Shown here one piece after another: positions 9,000-17,934 of a DNA stretch of 64,000 bases (its first letter is position 1; every line of letters begins with the position of its first letter). The notes under the pieces are model-generated. The model did no database searches and had not been told where the DNA came from. It was given only the letters and a program-made list of their open reading frames with translations. The stretch is from Candidatus Omnitrophota bacterium (GTDB taxonomy: Bacteria; Omnitrophota; Gorgyraeia; 2-02-FULL-51-18), in assembly GCA_023247915.1 (NCBI GenBank), contig JAHFFN010000001.1:9417-73416 (forward strand), in the 5' to 3' direction. A program made the translations under genes and the position numbers.

Positions 9000-9852
9000 G
9001 TTTTTTTCCTCGTTTTAGAAGAACGACCGGGACTTTCGATGAAAGACGCGCGCATTGGGTGAAATGACTTGCCCCCAATTTTTTTGTGGAGTGCCTTTCA
9101 ATTCCATACGAACAGCGGAGCAATTCTACAAACGCCTGCCGAGGATCCAATGAGCGAATTTGAACCTTGGGGCTTTCTTTTAAAACATAAATTTTTCGAA
9201 GCGGCGCATTCTTTTTGAAAAATGATTTCCTTTTTAAAATGGATCGCTTTTTAGATCCCGGCTCAACCAAAGGCGCTTCCCTAAGAGAAACTTTTAAAAA
9301 ACGCGCGGCGTCAGGCCATAATTTTATTTGTGGAAATGCCGGAATCACCTGAAAACCTTTTTTGGGATCCAGAGCCAACGCATTATCGGTAAGCAGCGGA
9401 TAGCCTCTGGCATGAAATAGGGCGACCGTCGTGGACTTTCCCTCCCCAGAGGCTCCCAAAAACGCGATGGCACCCTTTTTGGAAGCGACCGCGGATCCGT
9501 GCAACACAAGATACCCTCTTTGCTCAAGAATAATCGACAACGCGGCGCCTAACAACACCAATCGCAACACTTTGGGGCTCCCCTTGCGATCGGGATCTAC
9601 CCAGATTTCCTTTCCATCCCGCACCAGCAGAGACGCTTCATTTTTCCAATGAAGAAACACGCGATTTGGATTTTTTGAATTAAACGAATGGTCTCGAAAA
9701 TGCGGGCTTTTTTGAAAAACTTCGCGAGAACTCAGTGGTTTGGAGATAATTTTGATGTCTACCGGTTTTCGCCCCGAAGAAAGTTCGGGCAAAAAAAATT
9801 CGGAGGAAATATTTAAACCAAAAGCGTTATAAAGAAACTTTTTCTTGGGCAA
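8950..9852 (-). CDS. HPr-kinase-like lasso peptide tailoring kinase
   Basis: 300 aa. LVLHGSAVASKKGAIAFLGASGEGKSTTVALFHARGYPLLTDNALALD matches the HprK C-terminal P-loop domain. The gene lies immediately downstream of the precursor ORF with a 3-nt gap. It uses a TTG start. Confidence 0.7.
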   Translation of the reverse strand: MPKKKFLYNAFGLNISSEFFLPELSSGRKPVDIKIISKPLSSREVFQKSPHFRDHSFNSKNPNRVFLHWKNEASLLVRDGKEIWVDPDRKGSPKVLRLVLLGAALSIILEQRGYLVLHGSAVASKKGAIAFLGASGEGKSTTVALFHARGYPLLTDNALALDPKKGFQVIPAFPQIKLWPDAARFLKVSLREAPLVEPGSKKRSILKRKSFFKKNAPLRKIYVLKESPKVQIRSLDPRQAFVELLRCSYGIERHSTKKLGASHFTQCARLSSKVPVVLLKRGKKLADLPALIQAVERDLL

Positions 9853-9855
9853 AAA

Positions 9856-10011
9856 TCAGGTGGCAGCTCGGCTCGCGGCATCGTTGGTTCGCGTTCCCTT
9901 GGCGGTTATTTTGTGAATAGTTCCATAAACCGTCAGTTTTGGGGAAGAATAGCTTTTTTTCTTGGAGGATTCGGGCTTTGTGGAAACGCGATTTTCTTTT
10001 TGTTTTGACAT
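9856..10011 (-). CDS. Lasso peptide precursor (A) gene, 51 aa, not present in the ORF track
   Basis: Manual translation gives MSKQKENRVSTKPESSKKKSYSSPKLTVYGTIHKITAKGTRTNDAASRAAT, with TGA at 9856-9858 and an in-frame TAA two codons upstream of the ATG. The leader carries a YSSPKL motif like paeninodin-type leaders (YSKPSL). A Thr lies near the cleavage site. The predicted core, AKGTRTNDAASRAAT or KGTRTND..., has Asp at position 8 or 7 for macrolactam formation and a Ser/Thr-rich tail. Confidence 0.65.
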   Translation of the reverse strand: MSKQKENRVSTKPESSKKKSYSSPKLTVYGTIHKITAKGTRTNDAASRAAT

Positions 10012-10034
10012 GGGTTAATTATAACAAATCCCTC

Positions 10035-11558
10035 TCAAATATCAACAATATCATCCTGGCGAACACTGAACATCTTTACCACATAGTCGGGACTTTGAGA
10101 TCCGAAGAAAACATGGTTTTTAGCTTGATAAAAGCCTAGCCGGATCAGCCTTTCATCCAGGTCATTGATTGCCTCGGTTTGAACGAGATTCATGGCAATA
10201 AACCACACCCGCGAAAATTTCTGAGTCCCGTGCCTGCCATTAAAATCTCTCATATCCACAAAAGTGGCTTTGGTGGAAAGATTTAATTTTTTTTGATAGT
10301 AGTCCATGATCGAATTTGGTTTCGCGATGGCGTCATTCTCCCCCGCGTGCTCCAAAACATAGCGAAACCCGCCCTCAAAATCGTCCTTGGATTCAATATC
10401 CGCGGGAAGATAAATCGCCCGAAGACTTTCTCTAAACAGCGCCACGCTGAATAAACTTAAAAATAGAAGCAGAAAAGCTCTATTTTTTAAGGTGGTCACA
10501 CTTTTGGCTAGCCATAGAATGATGAAAATTGCCACAAATCCAAAATAGCGGGACTTCAATCGGCTGTGATCCAATATCACGACGATCACAGGAAACGAAA
10601 GAATAGCGATCGCGATGAATTTTTCTTTTAGTTCGCTTTTAAAAAAGCGCCACGCGATCAAGCCCCCGGCGATGGCAAAGCATAAAGCTGAAAAACAAAA
10701 AGACCAGGAAGTTTTAAAATAATGCAGGACATCTTTATTAAAATTAATATCAAAAAACGGCCCTACGAGAGAGCTCCAATAGATGCAAAGTATTTTTCTC
10801 GGTAAAATCCACGGCCGGCTAAACAACATCTCGTCCCGACAAGAGATGGATTCGTTAAAAGGAAAGCAGGTGTTGTAAAAATGATAGAGGCACAACAAAA
10901 GCGCAGGCACGCAAACCACAAATACAACGCCTTGAAACCATAATGTTTTTTTTGGGGTCTGCTTGACCCAAACCATCCATGCATGCGCCCCAGCAATCAC
11001 CCCAAACCAAAACCAAGAAAAATGAGTCGTGTAAATAGCGGCGGCGGCTGTCAGGCCATAAACGATTCCCCACTTAGCAGGTCGCGCGGCGCGTGTCATT
11101 CTTAGAAAAAAGTAAGTCCCCCACGTATAAAAAAGAACCGGTAGTCCATGATTTCTAATTTCATTGGTCAGGTGAATAAAATAAGGTGAGATCGAAACAA
11201 AAAATGCCGCGAATAGGGCGGTTCTTTTCTCGTAGTACTCTTTTGCTAGAAAATAAACCCCAACGATCACTCCGACACCCGCTATCCATGAGGGCAGTCG
11301 AAAAGCAATTTCATTAAAACCAAAAAAACGTATCGATTCGTGCAGTAAAACAAAATAAAGCGGCGGGTGGACGTCCTGAATGCAATAAAAAATTCCCGCT
11401 TTTAAAGGCGCCTTCGCGATAAGAATACTGGCCCATTCATCGCCCCAAAACGCATGACCCCTTAAAAGCATCCAGAGTCTTAGAACAACCCCTATAAAAA
11501 AGAGAATCAAGAACATGGTTTGCTTTTCAACCACAAAGATAAAAGGGTGGCCTGCCAT
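10035..11558 (-). CDS. GT-C family membrane glycosyltransferase (PMT_2/ArnT-like)
   Basis: 507 aa polytopic protein. HPPLYFVLLH...FRLPSWIAGV...ISPYFIHLTNEIRNHGLP is the conserved N-terminal block of the ArnT/PMT-like family. It is paralogous to 15230-16705. Confidence 0.65.
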   Translation of the reverse strand: MAGHPFIFVVEKQTMFLILFFIGVVLRLWMLLRGHAFWGDEWASILIAKAPLKAGIFYCIQDVHPPLYFVLLHESIRFFGFNEIAFRLPSWIAGVGVIVGVYFLAKEYYEKRTALFAAFFVSISPYFIHLTNEIRNHGLPVLFYTWGTYFFLRMTRAARPAKWGIVYGLTAAAAIYTTHFSWFWFGVIAGAHAWMVWVKQTPKKTLWFQGVVFVVCVPALLLCLYHFYNTCFPFNESISCRDEMLFSRPWILPRKILCIYWSSLVGPFFDINFNKDVLHYFKTSWSFCFSALCFAIAGGLIAWRFFKSELKEKFIAIAILSFPVIVVILDHSRLKSRYFGFVAIFIILWLAKSVTTLKNRAFLLLFLSLFSVALFRESLRAIYLPADIESKDDFEGGFRYVLEHAGENDAIAKPNSIMDYYQKKLNLSTKATFVDMRDFNGRHGTQKFSRVWFIAMNLVQTEAINDLDERLIRLGFYQAKNHVFFGSQSPDYVVKMFSVRQDDIVDI

Positions 11559-13375
11559 AAAAGCGTGGCATCCTCATGCGTGGCGTTTTTTAAAAATCGG
11601 TTGTGACATTCCTTAAGAATCGCCAACTCCATGTACGGCGCGATCGCTTCTGTTTCTTCAATCACTTCTTTCCGGATCATGGCCTCGTGGACATTTCTCA
11701 AGGTTTTAATCAAATGCCCGCCCATATAAATTTTTCCACCGCGACGTCGGACTTTTTCTGGCAAAATATCTTTTAGACTTCTCCTCATTAGCGCACGAGT
11801 CCAGCCCTCTTCCAATTTTTGACGAGCCGGTAGCGAGAAACAAAATTCCACGAGCCTCCTGTCAAAAAAAGGGTAGCGATGTTCGATAGAAAAAGGGGCG
11901 CTTAGATGATTCATGGCTATTATATTTTCCGGAATTAGGCCGGAAGACAACTCGTTTTGCTGTTCCTGCCGAACTGTCAGAACCGCCTGCATTTGATACC
12001 CGAGATAATGCTCGGCGCGGCGTTTCAATTTTATTTTTTTTGCGAAATCTCGATTGATCGCCGTCCCGTCCATCCACAAGGGTTTCCCACGCCAGCGAAC
12101 CTGCCGCCATGCCTTCCAAACCGGCGCCGGCATCAAAGGCCTCAACGCTTTCTGCCACAACACCCTCTCCACCGGCTGTTTCAAATGTTCTGAAAGCGCA
12201 CGAGCTTCTTTAAAAAGCTTTCCCCAACGAAACCGGCTTAAAAGCTCGGTCAAATGCGCGTAGCCTCTCCCCACCACTTCATCGCCGCCGTATCCGTCCA
12301 GCAAAACTCTTACCTTCCGTTTTTGCGCCTCGGGGTACACGCCCGCTTGAAACAAGGATAAATTAGCGATATAAGGCCCGTCTAAACGCCGAAAAGCAAC
12401 CTCCGGATCTCTCAGTGGTGTCATGGAGTCCGCTTGAATTTCATGCGGTACCTTTCCTGGCAAGTCGTTCACAGATTGGATAAATTCTCTTTCGTCGCAT
12501 TCTGGAAATTGATCGAATACCAACGAAAAAGTATTCACGGAGCCTGCCATACTGACAATGGAGGAGGAGTCCAGCCCTCCGCTTAAAAGCGATCCCGCCG
12601 GAAATGCGCTTCGCAAACGGCAGTCCACCGCTTTTTTAAAAAGTTCTCTAAATCGCTCCTCACATTCCCGATCTGGCAATGAAAGAGGCTGGCTATCAAG
12701 TTCCAAACTCCAATATTTTTTAAGGACAATTTGACGCGGAGCGATGGTGAGCGAATGCGCCGGCGCCAGACAACGTATATTTTCATAAAATGTGATTTCT
12801 TTGTCTTCGCCAGACCAAAGAAGAAAATCACCAATCATGGTCTCGTTTAGGCGTGGCTCAATTTCAGGGCAACAAAAAAGCGCCTTGATCTCAGAGGCAA
12901 AGGCAAACAATCGATCTGATTTGAAATAATAAAAGGGCTTTATTCCAAAAATATCTCTCGCACAAAAAATTTGTTTTTTATTTTCATCCCAGATCGCGAA
13001 AGCGAAATCACCCAAGATCTTGTCGGGACAGGTCTCTCCCCACTTCTGGTAAGCCTTCAAAATCAAGGCGCTGTCGGAAATATCCGTTTGATTTTCGTTT
13101 TTTCCGTAAAAAATTTCGAGAAGCTCTTCCCGGTTATCAACGCGCGCGTCGGCAGTGATGGCCAGTCGTGATTTTTCGTCAAAGAAAGGAAGTTTTTCGG
13201 GGATGGACTCAGGAGTCGTCCAAAACATCCGGTGAGTGAATCCCACGGAACCCCGGCTCCAAATACCGGACGCATCGGAACCTCTAGGAACCAAGCTTCG
13301 ATTCATTCCATCCAATAGTTCGGATTCTACCGGCCTTGCGTCTCGATAATAAACTCCCGCGAGTCCGCTCATCAA
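11507..13375 (-). CDS. Lasso peptide cyclase (asparagine synthetase B-like, C protein)
   Basis: 622 aa. The AsnB fold has a PP-loop SGGLDSS. The N-terminus is MMSGLAGV, with Ser where AsnB has its glutaminase Cys, consistent with a cyclase rather than a true Asn synthetase. Confidence 0.75.
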   Translation of the reverse strand: MMSGLAGVYYRDARPVESELLDGMNRSLVPRGSDASGIWSRGSVGFTHRMFWTTPESIPEKLPFFDEKSRLAITADARVDNREELLEIFYGKNENQTDISDSALILKAYQKWGETCPDKILGDFAFAIWDENKKQIFCARDIFGIKPFYYFKSDRLFAFASEIKALFCCPEIEPRLNETMIGDFLLWSGEDKEITFYENIRCLAPAHSLTIAPRQIVLKKYWSLELDSQPLSLPDRECEERFRELFKKAVDCRLRSAFPAGSLLSGGLDSSSIVSMAGSVNTFSLVFDQFPECDEREFIQSVNDLPGKVPHEIQADSMTPLRDPEVAFRRLDGPYIANLSLFQAGVYPEAQKRKVRVLLDGYGGDEVVGRGYAHLTELLSRFRWGKLFKEARALSEHLKQPVERVLWQKALRPLMPAPVWKAWRQVRWRGKPLWMDGTAINRDFAKKIKLKRRAEHYLGYQMQAVLTVRQEQQNELSSGLIPENIIAMNHLSAPFSIEHRYPFFDRRLVEFCFSLPARQKLEEGWTRALMRRSLKDILPEKVRRRGGKIYMGGHLIKTLRNVHEAMIRKEVIEETEAIAPYMELAILKECHNRFLKNATHEDATLLWQATLLSLWLKSKPCS

Positions 13376-14328
13376 TCCTTGACCCGGATGAGCAGGCCTT
13401 TAAACATCAAACGCTTCACATAAAACTTAAGATCTTTTTCCAAGCGAACAGGATCCACCTCGTATTCTTTTTGTATCGCCCGGGACACCGCTTTCACGTC
13501 CTTTAATTCCTCCAAAAGCTCCCAGAAATGCGAAGCGATGCCGTCGAGCCGTAAACAAATCCTGGTTTTCGCGTTCACGACGAGTCGACCACTAGCGGTT
13601 CTTTTTGAGACCACCTCGTCCGGAATCTGCACCCGCGACACTGGCCGATTGTCAGGTCGGCGCGTTTTCATTTTAGTTAAGACAGTCCCGTCCGAACCGA
13701 GCCTCATAAACGAAACTCCGCGTTTTTTCGGCAGAAACCAACCAGCCAACACTGTTCTTGGGTTTCGACCCGTCGGCATCGTGACCCGGTGCTGAAGCTT
13801 TTTGGAGATGCGAAATAAAAAAGCATTTCCAAATCCGGTGTTGGCGATCTGTGCGGTAATCTTTTTGGAAAACCTGTTCCTTATTTTAAAAACCCCGCCC
13901 TGATAAACACGCTCGCTTAAATTCACGCTAATCCCTACATAACGCAAATGCCGGACGTCGATGTCATTGTGCCAATGATCATAATGGCCGCGGCCGGGAA
14001 TTAAAGAATACATGCGCCCGGCAAAACACCCGATTTTTTTACAACCCGTGATTCGTTCCACCGCTTTAAAAAGCGCGGGATCGTTGAGCAGAAAATGCAT
14101 CGCGTTAATCCCGGTATTTTGTCTCATGCAAGACTCGGTGGCGATGCCCCTATCTGTTCTGGGGTAAAATTCAGCCGAACGAACCGTCTGTTGAATAAAT
14201 TTCAGTAAGGATTTATCTAGAAATTTTTGGATTTTAATTAGATTCGTTTGAGAATATTTATTTTGAACTTTCCTTAGATTTTTTTTAGAAAAAGAAATAT
14301 GAGTGCCCGTCTTTTTGATTTGTATCAT
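13372..14328 (-). CDS. Fe(II)/2OG oxygenase domain fused to a C-terminal PqqD-like RiPP recognition element (RRE)
   Basis: The start is probably MIQIKK at 14328, forming an ATGA overlap with the upstream paralogue's stop. The N-terminal domain has HxD (WHND), a distal His (QHRVT) and RNPRT...GWF (prolyl-4-hydroxylase-like 2OG-binding Arg/Thr). The C-terminus, ICLRLDGIASHFWELLEE...QKEYEVDPVRLEKDLKFYVKRL, matches PqqD. Confidence 0.6.
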   Translation of the reverse strand: MIQIKKTGTHISFSKKNLRKVQNKYSQTNLIKIQKFLDKSLLKFIQQTVRSAEFYPRTDRGIATESCMRQNTGINAMHFLLNDPALFKAVERITGCKKIGCFAGRMYSLIPGRGHYDHWHNDIDVRHLRYVGISVNLSERVYQGGVFKIRNRFSKKITAQIANTGFGNAFLFRISKKLQHRVTMPTGRNPRTVLAGWFLPKKRGVSFMRLGSDGTVLTKMKTRRPDNRPVSRVQIPDEVVSKRTASGRLVVNAKTRICLRLDGIASHFWELLEELKDVKAVSRAIQKEYEVDPVRLEKDLKFYVKRLMFKGLLIRVKD

Positions 14329-15194
14329 ACGTTTTTTAAAAAACCATGCGCGTTTAAATGATGAGCCAAAGACAAAACATCTTTTTCTAAAACATCGGGA
14401 GCTACACGATATTCCTTTTGAAGTTCCCGCAAAGCTAATTTCAGATGAGGTCTCTTTTTCAGATGATCCCACATCTTTCCCGCTACCGGGTCTAGCTCGC
14501 ATAATAAACTACGTTTTGGATCAAAAATAATTCTTTTTTTGTCTTTGGAATATTCCAAAAGTCCCTGGGGAATCTTCCATCGCGCCCCGTTTTTTTTGTT
14601 TGGCCTTACGACAATTTTTTTAGAACGCTCAAATGGTAAATCCGCACACGCGCAAAACCACCCGGTAAAAGCCGTTTTTGGATTTTTACCTCCGATGGCC
14701 GTCACGCGATGTTGCAAAAAACTAGCAACGCGAAACAAAACAACGTCCCCCAGTCCTGTGTTTTTGATCTCATGTAAAATATTTTTAGAACCGCGACGGC
14801 GTATCTGAAGAATCCCGCCTTGATAAGGTTTGGGACTCAAATTTAGGGTCAGCGCGACTCGCCGACCATACACCAAATCGTTATGCCAACGCATGGAGTC
14901 TTGATAACTGGGCAAAAGACGATAAGTGCGCCCGGTAAAAGAGCGGATACCGGCACAGCCGGTAATTTCTTTTATTTTTTTTAAAAGGGAGGGGTCATTC
15001 AACAGAAATTGAAGCGTATTGGATCCGGCGTTTTCACCGATCATGGACTCCGATCCACCGGAATCTTGATAGCGGAATGGTTTTGATTTCTTAAGAGCCT
15101 TCAGAATTTCCCGCAACAGTTTCTTGTTCAGGAATTTAGGCAAGCGAACATAATGATGCTTCTGATAAAATCGGCGCAGAGAGCTCGGAACCAT
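14325..15194 (-). CDS. Fe(II)/2OG oxygenase-RRE fusion, paralogue of 13372-14328
   Basis: 289 aa. FLLNDPSLLKKIKEITGC...WHND...YQGG...QHRVT...KNPKT..TGWF is followed by the PqqD-like LLCELDPVAGKMWDHL...LQKEYRVAPDVLEKDVLSLAHHL. Confidence 0.6.
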   Translation of the reverse strand: MVPSSLRRFYQKHHYVRLPKFLNKKLLREILKALKKSKPFRYQDSGGSESMIGENAGSNTLQFLLNDPSLLKKIKEITGCAGIRSFTGRTYRLLPSYQDSMRWHNDLVYGRRVALTLNLSPKPYQGGILQIRRRGSKNILHEIKNTGLGDVVLFRVASFLQHRVTAIGGKNPKTAFTGWFCACADLPFERSKKIVVRPNKKNGARWKIPQGLLEYSKDKKRIIFDPKRSLLCELDPVAGKMWDHLKKRPHLKLALRELQKEYRVAPDVLEKDVLSLAHHLNAHGFLKNV

Positions 15195-15229
15195 GGACGT
15201 ATTTTACCTCAAACGAGTATAATGAATCC

Positions 15230-16705
15230 ATGTTCCTATTTCTTATTTGCTTGCTTGGAATGGCACTGCGTTCGGCGCTTCTTTGGACAAATCGATCCTT
15301 TTGGTTTGATGAATGGGCTAGCATTGCCGTCGCCCAACACCCTTTAAGCCAAGGGATTAAAATTTGCGCGCTGGACACTCACCCTCCCCTTTATTTTGTC
15401 CTTCTGCGCCTTTCAGCCGTACTTTTTGAATTCAAAGAATGGGCTTTTCGTCTGCCATCCCTGGCGGCGGGTATCCTGCTTTTAGTTTTTGTGGCGCTTT
15501 TAGCCAATCGTCTTTTTGGAAAAAAAGTGGCGCTTCTATCCGCTTATTTTGTCGCGATCTCTCCTTATTTCATCCATCTTTCTTATGAAATAAGAAATCA
15601 CGGGCTTCCGATTCTTTTTTATGCGGCAGGAAGTTTTTTATTTTTTAAAATGATTGAAGGTTCTGATCGTAAACGTTGGCAATGGAGTTATGCCCTAACG
15701 GCCTGCGCGGCGCTGTACACAGTGCATTTTGCCTGGTTTTGGCTAACCGGGATTTTGGGGCTTCATTTTTTTCTTTCGCGAAATGAAGAAAACGCCAAAA
15801 AAGCCCTAAAGATTCAGGCGCTTGTGCTTTGCTTGGGAATCCCCGAACTCTGTCTTTTGGCTTACAACGTCCTGCATCGTGATGAAATCAGAGGATACAA
15901 TCTGGCTTCGCTTCATAAAATCGCGATTGCCGCCAAAGAAATTGTTTTTGTTTACTGGAATATTCTCGTCGGGTCGCGATTTTACATGCACTGGTCTTCA
16001 TCTATTTTTAGCGCCATGCGATCTTCCGTATTTTTTTGGCTGTCTTTGACTTTATTTCTTCTGGCAAGCGTTTCGATTGTCTATGAATTTTCCATGATTT
16101 TTAAAAAACAAAAAAGTCTTTTCTATTTTCTTATTTTTATTTGTTTTGTTCCTGTTTTTTTGGTGAGTCTCATCAACACCAACCGTCTGGACGCGCGCTA
16201 TTTTTCATTTGCGGCACTTTTTTTGATCCTCATTTTTTCAAAGAGCCTGATCGATTCCCATTCGAAAAAAAGCCGAATCGCGCTGATTGTTCTGACCACT
16301 CTCGTTTCGCTGAACGGGTTTGTTTACCTCGCGCAAACCCATGTTGATCCAATGCACCGGGACGATTATCAGGAAATGACGCGCTATGTTTTAACGCATG
16401 CTAAAAAAAATGATTTGGTTTTTATCAGTTCCCCGGTGGTGAATTATTATTCGAAAAAACTCGGGATTGCTTCTCAAGCCGTCCTTACCGAGGATCTAGG
16501 TGCATGGACTCGGAGCAAGGCGAGCCACATAGAAAGAATCTGGATTACCGGGGGAACTCCGTTAACTTCTTGTTTTTTTAAGGAGCTCGCGGATCGAATG
16601 GAAGCTCTGGGATTTGTTCCTGAATTAAAGTTTATCGATTTTGGCGGGGAAGACAACAATACCGGCCTGAACGTATTTAAGAATCAGGCATTCTCTAAAA
16701 AATAA
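15230..16705 (+). CDS. GT-C family membrane glycosyltransferase (PMT_2/ArnT-like)
   Basis: 491 aa. HPPLYFVLLRL...FRLPSLAAGILL...ISPYFIHLSYEIRNHGLP is homologous to 10035-11558. The gene is divergently oriented from the oxygenase-RRE genes. Confidence 0.65.
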   Translation: MFLFLICLLGMALRSALLWTNRSFWFDEWASIAVAQHPLSQGIKICALDTHPPLYFVLLRLSAVLFEFKEWAFRLPSLAAGILLLVFVALLANRLFGKKVALLSAYFVAISPYFIHLSYEIRNHGLPILFYAAGSFLFFKMIEGSDRKRWQWSYALTACAALYTVHFAWFWLTGILGLHFFLSRNEENAKKALKIQALVLCLGIPELCLLAYNVLHRDEIRGYNLASLHKIAIAAKEIVFVYWNILVGSRFYMHWSSSIFSAMRSSVFFWLSLTLFLLASVSIVYEFSMIFKKQKSLFYFLIFICFVPVFLVSLINTNRLDARYFSFAALFLILIFSKSLIDSHSKKSRIALIVLTTLVSLNGFVYLAQTHVDPMHRDDYQEMTRYVLTHAKKNDLVFISSPVVNYYSKKLGIASQAVLTEDLGAWTRSKASHIERIWITGGTPLTSCFFKELADRMEALGFVPELKFIDFGGEDNNTGLNVFKNQAFSKK

Positions 16706-17934
16706 GTTTTCTCTAACCATTCTTGGATAGCGGATGCGACTACTTGATGGCCGCGTGGATTCCAGTGCACATCAATTTTATAATTTAGGTTTTGATCGGG
16801 AAACGCGTTTACTTCTTTTCTTAAAAGAGGCGTTAAATTTAAAAACGGTATTTTATTTTTTTGAGCTAACACTTCCACCCTCTTCTCAAGAGTCGTGGTT
16901 TCGGTCAGCCATTCTTTCCGGACAACAAGCCCCAGCTGAATAGGGAGCGTATCAAATCCGGGGTCATACTGGTAAGGACAGGGCGCGTAGATAATTCCGA
17001 CTTCTATCTTGCGCGATTGGCACTTTTGAATCATTTTAGAAAAAATAGTCTCCATCGCCTTCCAGTTCTTTTCATCCTTAGGCGTAGGGATGTCCAACGA
17101 GGAAGTCCAATAGTCCGGCCGAGTCAAAGCGAACTTGACTCTATAAAATCCCACCCGGCTCTCATTAATCTCTTGAATGGCATCCGCAGGCACTTTTTTA
17201 AGCCAGTCATCGATTCTTCCTTGAGAAACATGACGGAGTCTGGCCTCTTGAAGAGTCTCTTTCACAACATCCAAACTTTTGGCTGATTCCCATTTCCTCT
17301 GCCCATGGTAACAAGCTTTTCTTATAAGCATAAGTAGCTTTGGAAATAAAATTTTAATTTTTTCTTTTAAAAAATTCCTTAAGGGGTTTAGTGAGTCGGT
17401 GGATGGCGCCTCATCATTTCCCGCCTCATCCACACCACTGTCTCCCGTGTCTTCCACATCGTTGGCATAAATCACAAACAAAACTTTATTGGGGTGATAC
17501 TTTAAAGCTGTTTCCGAAAGCATGCGCGCATATTGAGGAGGCCCGAAACCGGAAATTCCGCAATTAATAAAAGAGATTCTCTTGCCGGACTTACGGTATT
17601 GATTTTCAAGAATCGCCGGAAAAGTTTGATCCGCTTCTACCCCTTCCCCCTCAACAAAAGAATCGCCAATCACCACCACTCTCTCTTCATCCGGAGATCT
17701 TTTAAACGGAATATTTTGATAACGAATTCCCTGACTGTTGGATTTGATGTGATAAATACCATTTAAAAATTTATTCGTGGACTCATAATATCGAGGGTAC
17801 GACGCCTTGGAGGATTCTCCCTCAACCCAAACCAGTAAGGGCTCCACAACAAAACACATCGCGATAAACGTTAAAAAAAATAAGGCGCTGTTTTGGATTA
17901 TTTTAAGAAGCTTCATTAAAAAATCCTTGCGCAT
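16684..17934 (-). CDS. SGNH/GDSL-fold protein of the AlgX/AlgJ type (putative polysaccharide O-acyltransferase/esterase)
   Basis: 416 aa. N-terminal TM segment, then GDSFVEG (GDS block), IYANDVED, and DVHWNPRGH (the DxHW motif of AlgJ/AlgX). Confidence 0.55.
   Translation of the reverse strand: MRKDFLMKLLKIIQNSALFFLTFIAMCFVVEPLLVWVEGESSKASYPRYYESTNKFLNGIYHIKSNSQGIRYQNIPFKRSPDEERVVVIGDSFVEGEGVEADQTFPAILENQYRKSGKRISFINCGISGFGPPQYARMLSETALKYHPNKVLFVIYANDVEDTGDSGVDEAGNDEAPSTDSLNPLRNFLKEKIKILFPKLLMLIRKACYHGQRKWESAKSLDVVKETLQEARLRHVSQGRIDDWLKKVPADAIQEINESRVGFYRVKFALTRPDYWTSSLDIPTPKDEKNWKAMETIFSKMIQKCQSRKIEVGIIYAPCPYQYDPGFDTLPIQLGLVVRKEWLTETTTLEKRVEVLAQKNKIPFLNLTPLLRKEVNAFPDQNLNYKIDVHWNPRGHQVVASAIQEWLEKTYFLENA

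Noticed and set aside
9939-10139. 66-aa plus-strand ORF overlapping the precursor-peptide region
   Set aside because: It is antisense to the GT-C gene end and the minus-strand precursor ORF. The minus-strand ORF has the expected position, leader motif and core features. The plus ORF has none.
13372-14502. ORF-track start at 14502 for the first oxygenase-RRE gene (376 aa)
   Set aside because: The first 58 codons (MRARPGSGKDVGSSEKETSSE...) overlap the upstream paralogue's C-terminus and look non-coding. The internal ATG at 14328 forms an ATGA overlap with the upstream stop and gives a protein colinear with its paralogue.
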